64,000 bases of DNA from Podarcis liolepis (Eukaryota), in assembly GCA_965112155.1 (NCBI GenBank), contig OZ218102.1; one strand, given 5' to 3'. Below the pieces are notes generated by a model. It was given only the letters and a program-made list of their open reading frames with translations. It had not been told where the DNA came from and ran no database searches. Shown piece by piece: positions 13,025-25,140 of this stretch. The number at the start of each line of letters is the position of its first letter. The stretch's first letter is position 1. Both the position numbers and the translations under genes were made by a program.

Positions 13025-15546
13025 GTAAGATAACAAATATGAAATGCTTGTTTAATAAAGGAGAAAAATTAATTTGAAGGGACTTCAAAGCCTTTTGTAA
13101 AGAAATGGGGGCAGAGAGGGGGGGAGAGCCAAGAAGGCCTCTTACAAAAGGCCCAGTAAATATTCCATCACCAGTTTAGTCCTGTAATATACTGTAATTT
13201 AAACCAGTGTGTGTCTCCGATTGCAAAACAAATAAATCGGGGGATCTGATTCCTTTCTTCTTCATACCTTGTTTTACCAAAGCTTCTATAATATAGAAGC
13301 TGTAACTGATGAGCAAAACAGATGATGGTTTGATGATGGACAAAATGATCATATCTTAACTGCTTTGGCTGGTTTTTTGTTGTTTGTTTTTTTGTCTTTT
13401 AAAAACCACTCTGCAGATAAATGCAAATAAAGCAATGTATGGCTGTCTTCAGATTAGTGGGATGTTCCCATTATAAGTCACGGGGGGGGGGGGACACATT
13501 TCTTCCATATTCCTTTAATGTTTTCTTCTCTCCTTTCTTCTTGCAGCTGACAACCATTTATCTTTCTAAAGTGCAGCAGAGTTGCTGTTTTATAAACATT
13601 GATTTTGTACCCTTTCTGAGTTAATAATAGTTTCCAAAGGTTGGGTATCCAGCGTACATCGGATAACATGATACGGTTGTGATGCTTCCTTAAAAGAATT
13701 TTGAGAAAATACGGCCATTAATAAAATATGTGTGCTTTCAAGCTCTGAAATGAGCAATATGATCTCATGCTCCAGATCACTAACTAGTTTCCTGTAGGGG
13801 CCAAGAGAGTGTTTGTTTATCACCATCTTACAGCATTGCAATGCTTTTTTGACATACGTTGAACATACGTGTCTTTTCTAAAGTGTTAACTGCTAGCCAG
13901 ACTGAAAGAAGTGAGGTGCCAGCCATATTCTGTATAGGACTATGTTCACTTTAAATTCCAGAGTGAAAATCTGATTAGTCTTACAGGTAGGTAAGTAAAT
14001 GTCTTCTAGCGTGGGAGCTTGGATGGAACCGTACAAATTATGGACAATCCACATTAAGAGTTGGCCGTTCTCAGTTGATCCCACTGAATAATATGAGTCA
14101 AAGTAAACAGACTCTTTGGATCATAGCCAGTGAGCACAGTTTAGAGAATTTTAGTTTAGGCAAGTCCCATTAAATCCCATGGAGGTTAGCTGGTTCCTTG
14201 TCACCTTGATTTCCATGGGATTTTGCCTCGCTTGGGAGGCAAAGAAAATGGCTTGGGAGAAAAAGAACATAGTGTGGTATCCAACTAAGTCATACTCAAG
14301 GGTAGACCCATTGAAATCAATGGACTCGACTAATTTAAGTGCATTAATTAAAATTTGTCTATAACTCAATTGCATAGCTCCCTATACAGGAGAGGCAGTG
14401 TTAGTGCCCACATGGAAGGTGACTGCTGTGAGGGACATTTGAGTGTAGTCTCCATTTCAGGATCAAGCGACAAGTTGTGTTAAGCACATTTTTTAAAAAA
14501 GCATGCTTCATTGGCCACCTAGTTTTCTAGAAAAAGCAGCTACATGGAGAGCAACTTCAGAGGCAAATAGTAGCCAAGGTGTCGATGTCACCCTGATGTT
14601 TGGCCCCGTTCCAGATTGTGGCCTTGATTGTTTTTTTCTGGAAGAAGAAAAGTGGCCATGGAATCACACTTTGTGGTTTTAATGCAATCTTTGTTACTCA
14701 TTGCAAATCAGTGCTGGTGTAGATAGGCGGAGGAAGGGTTGATTGGTCCAAATACCCTCTCACCCCCCCAATAGATAATGAGTGGAGCATGAATTACCCT
14801 TGATCATGCCAGGATGCGTTTGTGGGGCAAAGGTTGTCTGGCCATGCCTAGAATTCTTTCTCCCAAACTTTGGCGCTTCCGTTCTTGTTACTCATGCTTC
14901 TGTTCTCTTGCTTTGTGAGAAGTGGGAACAAAGAAGTGGGTTTGTTGGTGCTGTTGCTTCTGTGAATTGGACCCTACCTTTCTCAGACAGGAATATTAAC
15001 TTTACAGGTGGACGTTTTCTGGCTTCTTGATGTCTCTTGGTTTCTGCTCTCCCCCTCCCCCCATCAACAGAAGTTTGTATTTCAGGCAGGTTTTCCTAAA
15101 GTGGTAGCAAAGTAAGCTGCAGTTTTCACACTTCAGTTAAGCAGCATAAGGCCTACTTTGTAGATGAGACCAGATTTAAAATGTAATAGGAAATTTGGAA
15201 AGAAATTTGGAAATTTGGAGGCCTTGCCTAGCAACGTTAGATGGCATTTTGCAAAACGTTTTGAATAAACTATTAGAAAGAAAGGCCATTGAATCCATTT
15301 GTCTAGGTTGCAGAACTGTTCTTTTTCAATGAAAGCAGTTGTAAACAAACAAAATTGGCAGAGGTTGACTGGCACCTAAAAACTGTATAAGCAGTTGAGT
15401 TGCAGTTGACACAGTTTTCTGCAGGTTTGATTTATCCGTTAGTAACAATTTGGACTAGATAGGAACAGTACTGTGGCTCAAGCATGCTTTGCATGCCCCA
15501 AATCTCACGTGTAATCCACGCTGTTTTTAACAAATGGATAGAAGGA

Positions 15547-15692
15547 TATCTCAGTTGGTAGAGCATGAGACCCTTATCCTCAGGGTTGTGGGTTTGAGCC
15601 CCACCTTGGGCAAAAGATTCCTGCCTTGCAGGGGCTTGGACCAGATGATCTTCATGATCCCTTCCAACTCTACTATTCTATGATTCTGTGAT
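15547..15692 (+). mobile_element. tRNA-Lys(CTT)-derived SINE with CR1-type 3' tail
   Basis: CTCAGTTGGTAGAGCATGAGACCCTTATCCTCAGGGTTGTGGGTTTGAGCCCCACCTTGGGC followed by a CR1-like end CCCTTCCAACTCTACTATTCTATGATTCTGTGAT. Confidence 0.88.
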
Positions 15693-15867
15693 CTCAGGTG
15701 TCAGGACCAGGAAGGATGTCTGCCTGAGATGCTGAAGAACTGCTACTAGTAGAAAATGACAGTGACAGGGAAGATGGTCTGACATGAAAAAGCGCTCTCT
15801 GTGGGCTCCCCTTTCAAAAATCAGTGTGTGTTCCCCCTTTCAAATAAAGAAGGGCTAAGCATGATTT

Positions 15868-16230
15868 AAAAGGGACGCGGGTGGCGCTGTGGGTAAAACC
15901 TCAGTGCCTAGGACTTGCCGATCGCGGTTCGAATCCCCGTGGCGGGGTGAGCTCCCGTCGTTTGGTCCCAGCTCCTGCCCACCTAGCAGTTCGAAAGCAC
16001 CCCTAAGTGCAAGTAGATAAATAGGTACCGCTTTATAGTGGGAAGGTAAACGGCATTTCCATGTGCTGCACTGGTGCTGGCTCGCCAGAGCAGCTTCGTC
16101 ACGCTGGCCACGTGACCCGGAAGTGTCTTCGGATGGCGCCAGCTCCCGGCCTCTTGAGCAAGATGAGCGCACAACCCTAGAGTCAGACATGACTGACCCG
16201 TACGGGCAGGGGTATCTTTACCTTTACCTT
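15868..16230 (+). mobile_element. Full-length Sauria-type SINE, same subfamily as 5325-5685
   Basis: GGGACGCGGGTGGCGCTGTGGG...GGTTCGAATCCC (B box)...CTTTACCTTTACCTT. 12-bp TSD TAAGCATGATTT at 15856-15867 and 16231-16242. Confidence 0.92.
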
Positions 16231-16586
16231 TAAGCATGATTTCAGTGCGTTATTGACATATTTGGGTTTTTTAATTGCAAGTGGCTCGCTTCCAGTAAAC
16301 ATTTTCATTTTTAAAACAAAGTGTTGTTGCCAGTGGGTTCACTAAGTGTTATTTTGGATATGCATTCTAAGCGTCCTTTTGCCTTATTAATGAGTGCAAT
16401 AATGCAAGCGCTAGTTGCTTTGAGCCGAGAATCAATGGATGTTTTTATTTAAAGCATAGCAGGAATCGTATAATGCCCATGAATGCATTATTGTCGCTGT
16501 AGGGCTGGCTGGTCTAAACCTGCCTCTCTGATTGGTTTAAATCAAATCAGTCCAAGCACTTCATAAAAATGTCCTTGTCAGCCCAG

Positions 16587-16733
16587 NNNNNNNNNNNNNN
16601 NNNNNNNNNNNNNNNNNNNNNNNNNNNNNNNNNNNNNNNNNNNNNNNNNNNNNNNNNNNNNNNNNNNNNNNNNNNNNNNNNNNNNNNNNNNNNNNNNNNN
16701 NNNNNNNNNNNNNNNNNNNNNNNNNNNNNNNNN
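16587..16733. other. Assembly gap (147 N)
   Basis: Run of N. Confidence 1.
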
Positions 16734-17460
16734 GCTATGTACGTGACTCAACACATACAAAGTGTGCAAGTTGTTATTATTTTATCAGGAGGCTACAGTT
16801 CTTGTAGAATTACAGTGGCTGATCACATAAAGTAAAGACAGCATGGCCTGACTTTAGTACTGCAAAAACACAAACCTGGATTTCTGATTTGTGCGCTGTC
16901 AAGATCCCGCATTTCTATGTTAGGTCATCTGGGATTTAGAAATAATTGAAAATGGTCAGTTTTCTCATAGAACCGTGTTATTTGCAATGTGTTCTAAGGA
17001 TATTGATATCAGATCAGATGCAGTTTTCACTCAGTGCCAGTTAAAGTGAGTCAGGGGTTTGTTTGTTTGTTTTTTACCCCTGCACAAAATACGCAATGGA
17101 TGATTTTTGTTTCCCTGAGTAAATAGACATGATGCTGTAAATGAGCAGGAAGTTGTGGTTTTTGTTAGGGAACTCTCTGCCCCCCCCCTCTCTCTTTTCA
17201 TGATGTGTTTGTGACCTCACATTTCCTAAACAAAATGTGATTAAAAAGGAAACAGACTACACATTAGGGTTATGTGTTCTTCTATAAATTGTCTGTCCAG
17301 GAAGGTCCACTCCTCACACCCTTGACTGATTGTGTATTCCCTTCCAGAGAAGTAAATCTGAAAAGTTGTAACTCCACCTGACAGGGAGTATTGAGATTAC
17401 TAGTAGAGATGCCAAAGCTCAAGAATGGTTTAAGGAAAGCTAGTAAACACACGCACAAAG

Positions 17461-17462
<2 letters not shown>

Positions 17463-17493
<31 letters not shown>
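17463..17493. repeat. (AC)n microsatellite
   Basis: Read directly. Confidence 0.95.
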
Positions 17494-17494
<1 letters not shown>

Positions 17495-18552
17495 CTCTAC
17501 AACATAGGCACATCCATGTACAGTATTAGATGCTCTTTCTTTTTCTATCCTAGGATAGTTAAAATGTATGAAAGGTGAATCTCAAAACCCATTTGAGCCA
17601 TTTTCCTGGCAGCAGACGCCCAATAGACTGCCACCCCTCAGTTTCTGGTTGGAGAAACTCACAGAGTTATCTCCCACTGAGAACAAAAATGTAGTTTAGC
17701 CATGCACACTTCAACTTTGAAGAGCAACTGCCAGAAGAGATCAGGGCTGCAGCATGTGGGGTGGTTTTAACCCTTTCTCCCTGCACTGTGGCCCCAATGA
17801 AAACCCTTCTCCCTAACCCCTAAAAGCTGCTGTTGGTGCAAATGATAGCTTCTTTCCTGGGCCAAATATCAGCTATGGGAGAGGAATTTCATCAGGTTAA
17901 ACCGCTCTCTTCATGCTCTGCATTCTCATTCTTGATCATACACAGAGTTGCTGTTTAACACTGAAAAAAGAAGCATGCAACACCATACTACACGTTTAAT
18001 GTAACTTGCAATTTGGGCCTTATGACAGCTATATTCTCACTTGAAGCTCCCTGCTCTGATCTTTATTTCCTGTCAGTTCCCTACCCACCCTTAAAGGGAC
18101 AGATACCTCTTCTACAACATCATTCTGTATAGATCATTGCAGACTTTGTGTCCCCGTGTCAAACTTTAGTCATAAAAATGTTGTGTTTTAAGACGTCTTA
18201 GTAATCAGGGTATCTTGGACTACTTGAATTCCAAATGTCTGCTTTCTGTCTGTTACTGACCATTTTTTATATTAGGTGACAGCAGTGTCAAAATTGTTAG
18301 GATACTTCTCAGCAGAACTGAAACCTGCCACGCATATACTCCATAATGTTGTGACATCTATTGTACAAAACCCATGGCATCATCGTACAATAGCCAGCAT
18401 TTGAGCAGGGAGTAAATCACACACAAGTGATAGGTTGCACATTTGAACTTGCTGAAGTGTGAAATCACAACAATCCACGCATGCAACAGAACCAGAGGGC
18501 TGTTAGATCTTTCCCTTCACATGCTTCCATGGTTCCACATATTTTTTGAATT

Positions 18553-18696
18553 ACATTTATATCCCACCATTAACTTCAAGGAGCTCAAAGTAGCATACGT
18601 GGTTCTCTCCTTCTCCATGTTATCCTCACAATGACCCAATGGAGGTAGGTTAGATTGTCAGACAGTGATTGGCCCCAGTTGTGTTCACTACTTCAT
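18553..18696 (-). mobile_element. Old MIR/L2-tail-type (Squam3-like) SINE remnant
   Basis: ATTTATATCCCACC...AAGGAGCTCAAAGTAGCATAC...TTATCCTCACAATGACCC...GAGGTAGGTTAG, similar to 59615-59735. Confidence 0.55.
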
Positions 18697-18767
18697 TAAT
18701 CCAAATATTTAAATGTAATGTATTCAACCCTATCATGTCAGTTGTGGAATCAGAATGTTTCTGTGTA

Positions 18768-19075
18768 CAGTGGTGCCTCGCAAGACGAAAAGAATCCGTT
18801 CTGTGATTCTCTTCGTCTAGCGGTTTTTTCATCTTGCGAAGCAAGCCCATTGACGGATTAGCGCTATTAGCGCTATTAGCGGCTTATCGGATCAGCTGAT
18901 AAGCGGCTTAGCAGCTTAGAAAAAGGGGGGGGACCCGCACGAACTCGCAAGACATTTTCGTCTTGCGAAGCAAGCCCATAGGAGATTCGTTTTGCGAAGC
19001 ACCTCCAAAACGGAAAACCCTTTCGTCTAGCGAGTTTTCCGTCTTGCGAGGCATTCGTCTTGCGGGGCACCACTG
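18768..19075. mobile_element. Tigger/pogo-like MITE
   Basis: TA|CAGTGGTGCCTCGCAAGACGAA ... TTCGTCTTGCGGGGCACCACTG|TA, with repeated internal TCGTCTTGCGA motifs. Still CpG-rich, so probably young. Confidence 0.92.
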
Positions 19076-19348
19076 TATGTGTGTTTTCCTTGTCCCAAAC
19101 AAATACATTTAAAATCCAGGTAGAGCAATAGGGCACTTATTTACATGTCAAAATGAGAATTTTTACATATTGCAGATAAGTAAGCCAACAAAAGCTGCAA
19201 CAAACAGATCTAACACTGTCATAGATGTTACAGCTTTAACCTGAGGGCTAAACTCTGTGACTCTTCTACCTCCTAGGTAATACAACTGACAACCGATTTT
19301 GAATTATATTGAATTGAGCATCAGGTGGTCTTCCTATATTTAACTGAG

Positions 19349-19515
19349 CTTCCGTGTGTTGCTCTGGTTCGCCAGAAGCGGCTTAGTCATGCTGGCCACA
19401 TGACCTGTCTGCGGACAAACACCGGCTCCCTCGGCCAGTAAAGCAAGATGAGTACCGCAACCCCAGAGTTGTCCGTGACTGGACTTAACAGTCAGGGGTC
19501 CCTTTACCTTTACCT
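19349..19515 (+). mobile_element. 5'-truncated Sauria-type SINE
   Basis: Homologous to the 3' half of the 24532-24872 copy. Ends GTCAGGGGTCCCTTTACCTTTACCT. Confidence 0.85.
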
Positions 19516-20042
19516 AAACAATAACTAAATAACTAAACTGGCTGAATCAATTCAAAATTGTATGTCGCTGATTCAGTAAATTGTGGTGGCAGTTGTATAA
19601 TTTAAGAATAAGCCCCATTGTGAACTCAGAGGGACTGGTCTCTAAGAAATAATATATAAGACTCTGTGGTGACCATGTGAGTAGGAAGGGAAAAAAAGAG
19701 CTTAGGTATACGATGCATGTAGATTGTAGGGGTTGGATGTCAATGGATGGCATTAGGAGTCTTTACTTCCACCATGTGGTATACCTTGCTTTCAGTGAAA
19801 AATGTTTAGGTGTGTGTATGGATGATGTAATTGAGATGTAAATAAAAATGTAGAACTGAAGCAAATATTTGTAAATATTCACATTTGCCAATTCTTCCAT
19901 TCTAATTCTGAAAGCATGCATTTGCCCTTGTAATTTCAGTTTGTATTTTGAATGGTTTCCCCTCAAAACTCAAGTGGTTTCGACTTTGGCATCTCTTGAT
20001 TTGAGTTGGCAGGCCTCAGAAATGAAAACTGATCATCAGAAG

Positions 20043-20216
20043 CTGTCAAATACTGTCAGATGCTAAATACCATTGCATGCCAACTATCAAATAGTGTCAA
20101 ACACCATTGCATAACAACTGTGAAACACCAATATTAAATACCATTGCATGCCAGTTATCAAGTACTAAATACCATTGCATCCCAACCAGCAAAAGCTGTC
20201 CAACACCATCTGTCAA
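20043..20216. repeat. Degenerate minisatellite with core AAA(T/C)ACCATTGCAT x4
   Basis: Cores at about 20064, 20099, 20135 and 20166, with a 31-36 bp period. Confidence 0.75.
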
Positions 20217-23200
20217 ATTTGAAAGATTGAAATAAAATCTCAGACTCAAATGTATTATACTGAAATCAAATACCATAGGACATAAAATACAAATATCAGA
20301 TATTTGATAAGCATTTCAATATTCAGAGAACATGCGAGTATAGAGCTGTATACAAATTCTAACAGCAATAATAATTTGCAGACCCAAATTCTGAGGAGTG
20401 TTTTTTGAAACTTTATTGTTTGTTTGTTTATTTCTAGACAACACTGTTTTTTAAAAAATACAATTTCAGCTCTCTTTTTTTTAAAAAAAGTCCATGTCAG
20501 CAAAGACCATGAAGTCTTGGTTCTGTCGGTCTGATGTATTTTCTAACCCAAACTCATAAAGGAGCCTGGTTGGCCTTGGTTTCCCCTATAATTTCATAAG
20601 AGAATTTCTTGGTTGTCTGCATTCAATTTTTCCACAGTAAAGTTTTAAGATGACTTCTGGGTGTGGGTGGGTGTCCTTGGTTGATGGTTAATACATTATC
20701 TTATTTGCCTAAATTTAGACAACCTTTCTTTCCTGTTTCTTCACTATACTTCAATCCCCCAAACTTGGGAAACACAAGCTCTGCTAAGTTGTTTTTTTTT
20801 ACAGGACAATAAAGTATTTTCCATCTCATGCAGCCCATCCATCCATCCCATAAGGGGAGGGGGAGAGAGAGAGAGAGAGAGAAAGAAAGAGAGAGAAACT
20901 GGTACCTTTGAATATTATCTCTTTCCATGCTATCAAAATTCTCTTCCTCTCATCTCCTCTAGTGCTTTGTGAAATTTCTTCCACTTTGGGACAAGTTGGA
21001 AGAGTCATTCACATTGGGGTGGTTATTTTCCTTTCTTACATGCTCTAATAAGCAGCGATGTCAGTTAACAATGTTGACATTTAAAATATCATAGGCATCT
21101 GGATTAGAGTCTATTGAAATGAATGGGGCACTTGACACCTTAAAGCTATTGTTACAGACTCCCTGCATTCTCAGACAGATGGTCCTTTTTATTGGTTACA
21201 CTGATTCCTTGGTTTAAAAGGCCTCATTCCACAGCCATAACAGCAAGAGGTTTATTATATTTTAAAATGTAACCTGATACTTTAGAGAACAAGTCAGAGG
21301 CCTTTCTGCAGCCTTAAGGCTGCTGGGTCTTCATGCTCCTTAAAAACTATGGATCCTGTCTTGGTCTTAAATCAGTCATTTGTAATGTATCTGAACAGTT
21401 CAAATGCTTGCTTTTACGGAACAAAAAAATGTCCAGCTGAAGTGCTTTTAAGATTATTTCATGAGGGGGGAAAACACATCTCATATTCCAATATCCCCAT
21501 CCTGATAATATGAAAAGCGAAATCTATTTTTACTCACAAAACCAAGTTAGGTCAAAATAAGGCATTGGAAGCAGGTTCCTGAAACAGCTTTAAAGACATA
21601 TACGTATTCTGTGAGGAAATTTCATACACAAGAGAGTCCAATAGTCCAACCAAAATGTTATTTGTTTTTCTTTTCTTTGCTTAAAGTATTTAGAGAGAAC
21701 TTTGTAGAAGTGTACATTTCAGGAGCATCTGTAAGCACTAACATCCTGTCCAGAGGGGCAATAGAAAAACCTATTATACCATCTATCTAAAAAATATTTT
21801 ATTTCCCTTCACTAAAGGTTGTAATTAATAGGAGGTTTGGGGTTCAGGTTGTTGAAAACATCCCGAGGCAAAAATTAACCAGGTCTTGTTCCATACTGGC
21901 AACTTCAGCTAGTTCTTTGTTTAACCAAAAAGAAAGCAAGAAAGCATCAAAGAAAAGATTTTTCTTTTGCTAGAGCAATTCTCTCCCCCACTCTCCTGTG
22001 TTTCTTCTAGGAAGTAAATTTGCTCAGAAGTAAGCCTCGCTGAGTTTAATGAGAATAAGACTGCTGCCTAAATTTATTTGTATTGGCCATTGGGAATAAC
22101 AAAACAGAAGTAAAGTTCAGAGACATAAAGCCATTTTTGTACAACAGAACTGCCATCTGTGGTACATGACGGTCATATATTAAGTAAGAGTGAAGAAAGG
22201 CATAATATAACAGGAGAAGATGCAACAGTTTTCTTCCCTTACAATATGGGCTTCTCCCGTTTCACAGTCTGCATGATATACTTGCATACCAGCAAATCAG
22301 ATGCTAGATCAGCCAGTCTTGCTCCTCTCCACATGCCTGCCTTTTTTATTTTTCAAAGAGCCATATGTATATTTATCCGTTTATATATTCATCTGTCCCC
22401 TTTTAAACAAACATAAATATTTAAAAACAGCTTCAAAACTGCTTCAGGGATTTTTTGTGTGGGTGTGTGAGGAGTAAGTGGACAGTTGATCCTCATTCAA
22501 ATGCCGCCATATTGATAAACCTATACAAACAGCAGCTTATTTTGCGTCAGAAGACAGTTACCAGTCTGCAAATGAAGGAAACCTCCACCATTCCCATAGT
22601 GGTCCATTTGTACAGACCCAAATGTAACTTAAAATCTTATTAACTAAAATAATAATTATTGATCACCTCAGGCCTGTAGTAGAACTTGAACTGACTTTTG
22701 GCAGCAGGGCCTCTAACTGTCTCTAAGAAAACCTTTGCAATTTGTGAATTTCATTGTGAGTTTTCCACCAAGCGAGAGTTTGAGAATCAATTATTTGCCT
22801 TGGCATTTTTTCCTTCTTTGATAAATAACAAGAGGGTTTCTACTTATATTTCTGTCCTCGGGGCTTTATCATTAAGATTAAATAACTGTACTCTCAAGCA
22901 TGCCACTGAACAAACATCTTTTCAATTATGTGAGTAATGGATGCTTTAACAAAAGAACTATTGAAAAGTCTGAAAGCATGTTTCTCTCCCCCCCCCCTTC
23001 CCCACTAAACTAAAAATATTAAAATTAAAGTATCTAGTGACAGAAGAATGCCATTGTTTGCTCCTTAAAGCAGATTCTTAATTCTCTAGTCAAAATGTCT
23101 TATGTGTGTTTGCAATACTTGTTTTGTAGTTTTGAAAACTACCTGAAAGCCATTATCAAGAGATGCACAAAGTGTGTTGTTTTAAAATGGAGGAGCCTTC

Positions 23201-24531
23201 TGGTGGTTTGTGCTCCAATATTCTCACACCACTTGTGTTTGAAGCCACTTGAGCCACGATGCATAGGTATCCTGTAGCTTATTTAAGAAATACTTTCCCC
23301 CTCAAACCAGCTTCCAATATGAAAACTTAAAGCACAGTTGAACAGAGTTGTGTACTTTGAGAAAGTCATTGCACATGTTCAGATGACAGCTTTGTGGAAT
23401 ACAAGGGTGCCTGCTCCTGGGGGCTGAGGCACTGCGGCTCCCTGATCTATTTTTTGAAGGGGCCAGGCCCCTTCAAAATGTTCAGAGGGCCCTCCTCTGC
23501 AGAAGGTGGCACCTCTGGTGTGGGGTTGTGGGCATGGCGAGACACATCAGGTAATGTACTTCAGGTGAAGACATCCCCACCCGCTCACGGTTTGTGCAGC
23601 AAAATAAAAATGTGCTGAAACACTACAAGGGTGAAACAACCTCACTGCTTTTTAAGCCTCTAATGTTTACATCGCTTAAGTCTCAAGAATAAGCTTTCCT
23701 CGTTATCTGGGCTTCTTTGTCTGAATATTGTGGGAAAACTGAAAATAGCCTTCAGATCAGAACTGGGTGCAGGCAGGATCTATGGAAGCCCAAGGACAGT
23801 GTTAGGTGAAGTTTTAGTGACTTTCTTTTCCATATATGCCGCCTTCCCATTTTTTGGTCGTATGTGAGGTACTTGGCAACCTTCCCTACTGGGTTTCAGT
23901 ACAAGTCCCCGATTAAAGGAATAAAGAGAGCTTTCTGCAAGGAATGAGGTAGCATTGTTTGCGAACAAAGCAAAGCTGTGGTTGGTTTTGCCAGTAATAT
24001 ACGTGTTTGATTTGAGCTACAGATCAGTACAAGTTCTCCTTGTGAACGAAGAAACTTATTTATATACGCGCACAATCAGAGAATTTAAAACAAACCTTCA
24101 GAATGTTAAGTTAGGTTGTGCTTTGGGAGCAATATTGAACTTCTGAGCAGGAAAATTTTGCAAATACAGTCTTCAGTATATGGTATTCAACCTCTTCTCT
24201 GCTGCAGCCACAGCAGGAAAGGTCGCAGCTGGGTGGGTGGGTGGGGGGGCTTGCTTCAGTTTGCTAACTTAAGCAGCCACAATGCAAACGTGTTACGTAT
24301 GAAAGTCCTAGTTATGCATACCTTCGATAAACACCCTTTATGTGTGGTAGGACGGCAGGATCAGGCATGGTGTGTGTACGCACACTGGGCCTCTTATCTG
24401 TAGTCCGACAAAAGTAAGGCTAATAGCAGATGAGCCAAACTTGAAAAATAATGATTGATCTTCATGCATCAAATTACACATGTATGGATGCCTCATAGGC
24501 TTCATCTGCACTATACATGTCAAGCAGTGTT

Positions 24532-24872
24532 GGGTAAAAGTAAAGGGACCCCTGACCATTAGGTCCAGTCTTGAACGACTCTAGGGTTGCAGTGCTCATC
24601 TTGCTTTACTGGCCAAGGGAGCCAGTGTACAGCTTCCGGGTCATGTGGCCAGTATGACCAAGCCGTTTCTGGCAAACCAGAGCAGCGCACGGAAACACCG
24701 TTTACTGTCCCGCCGGAGTGGTACCTATTTATCTACTTGCACTTTGACATGCTTTCGAACTGCTATGTGGGCAGGAGCAGGGACCGAGCAATGGGAGCTC
24801 ACCCCGTCGCAGGGATTCGAACCACCGACCTTCTGATCGGCAAGCCCTAGGCTCTGCGGTTTAGACCACAGC
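24532..24872 (-). mobile_element. Near full-length Sauria-type SINE, second subfamily
   Basis: Begins GGTAAAAGTAAAGGGACCCCTGACCATTAGGTCCAGTC. Shares CCTATTTATCTACTTGCAC and GCTTTCGAACTGCTA with the other copies. B box appears as GGGATTCGAACC on +. Confidence 0.9.
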
Positions 24873-24879
24873 TATCCCA

Positions 24880-25140
24880 CTTTAAATAGCCATGACTTCC
24901 CCCAAAGAATTCTGGGAACTGTAGTCTATTAAGGGTGTTTAGGAGACCCCTGTTCTCCCCACAGAGCTACAGTTCCCAGTGTTTTTTGACACTCAGTCCC
25001 CTTTCCCAGGGAACTATGGGAATTGTAGCATTGTGAGGTGCATAGGTGGCCTCACAACCCTCAGCACCCTTAAAAAACCACAGTACCCAGGAGTCCTTGG
25101 GGGAAGTGGCATGATACTGCTTTATACATATAGTGCAGAT
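24880..25140. mobile_element. Palindromic non-autonomous DNA element (MITE-like), abutting a SINE
   Basis: Inverted arms CATGACTTCCCCCAAAGAATTCTGGGAACTGTAGT and ACCACAGTACCCAGGAGTCCTTGGGGGAAGTGGCATG. Inner arms CACAGAGCTACAGTTCCCA and TGGGAATTGTAGCATTGTG. A related fragment lies at 48872-48933. Confidence 0.7.

Noticed and set aside
15547-15612. Possible tRNA-Lys gene (also at 8950-9018 and 27236-27290)
   Set aside because: The acceptor stem, anticodon arm and T-loop are degenerate, and each copy is fused to a CR1-type tail. These are SINE heads, not tRNA genes.
16569-16835. ORFs spanning the N run
   Set aside because: Artefacts of the assembly gap.
20064-20180. CRISPR-like repeat-spacer appearance
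   Set aside because: The context is a vertebrate intron, the repeat is only 14 bp, the spacers are mutually related and there are no cas genes.
23452-23478. 13-bp perfect inverted repeat TTTTGAAGGGGCC-A-GGCCCCTTCAAAA
   Set aside because: It lies in a GC-rich patch resembling a decayed DNA-transposon remnant and is too short to suggest an RNA gene.
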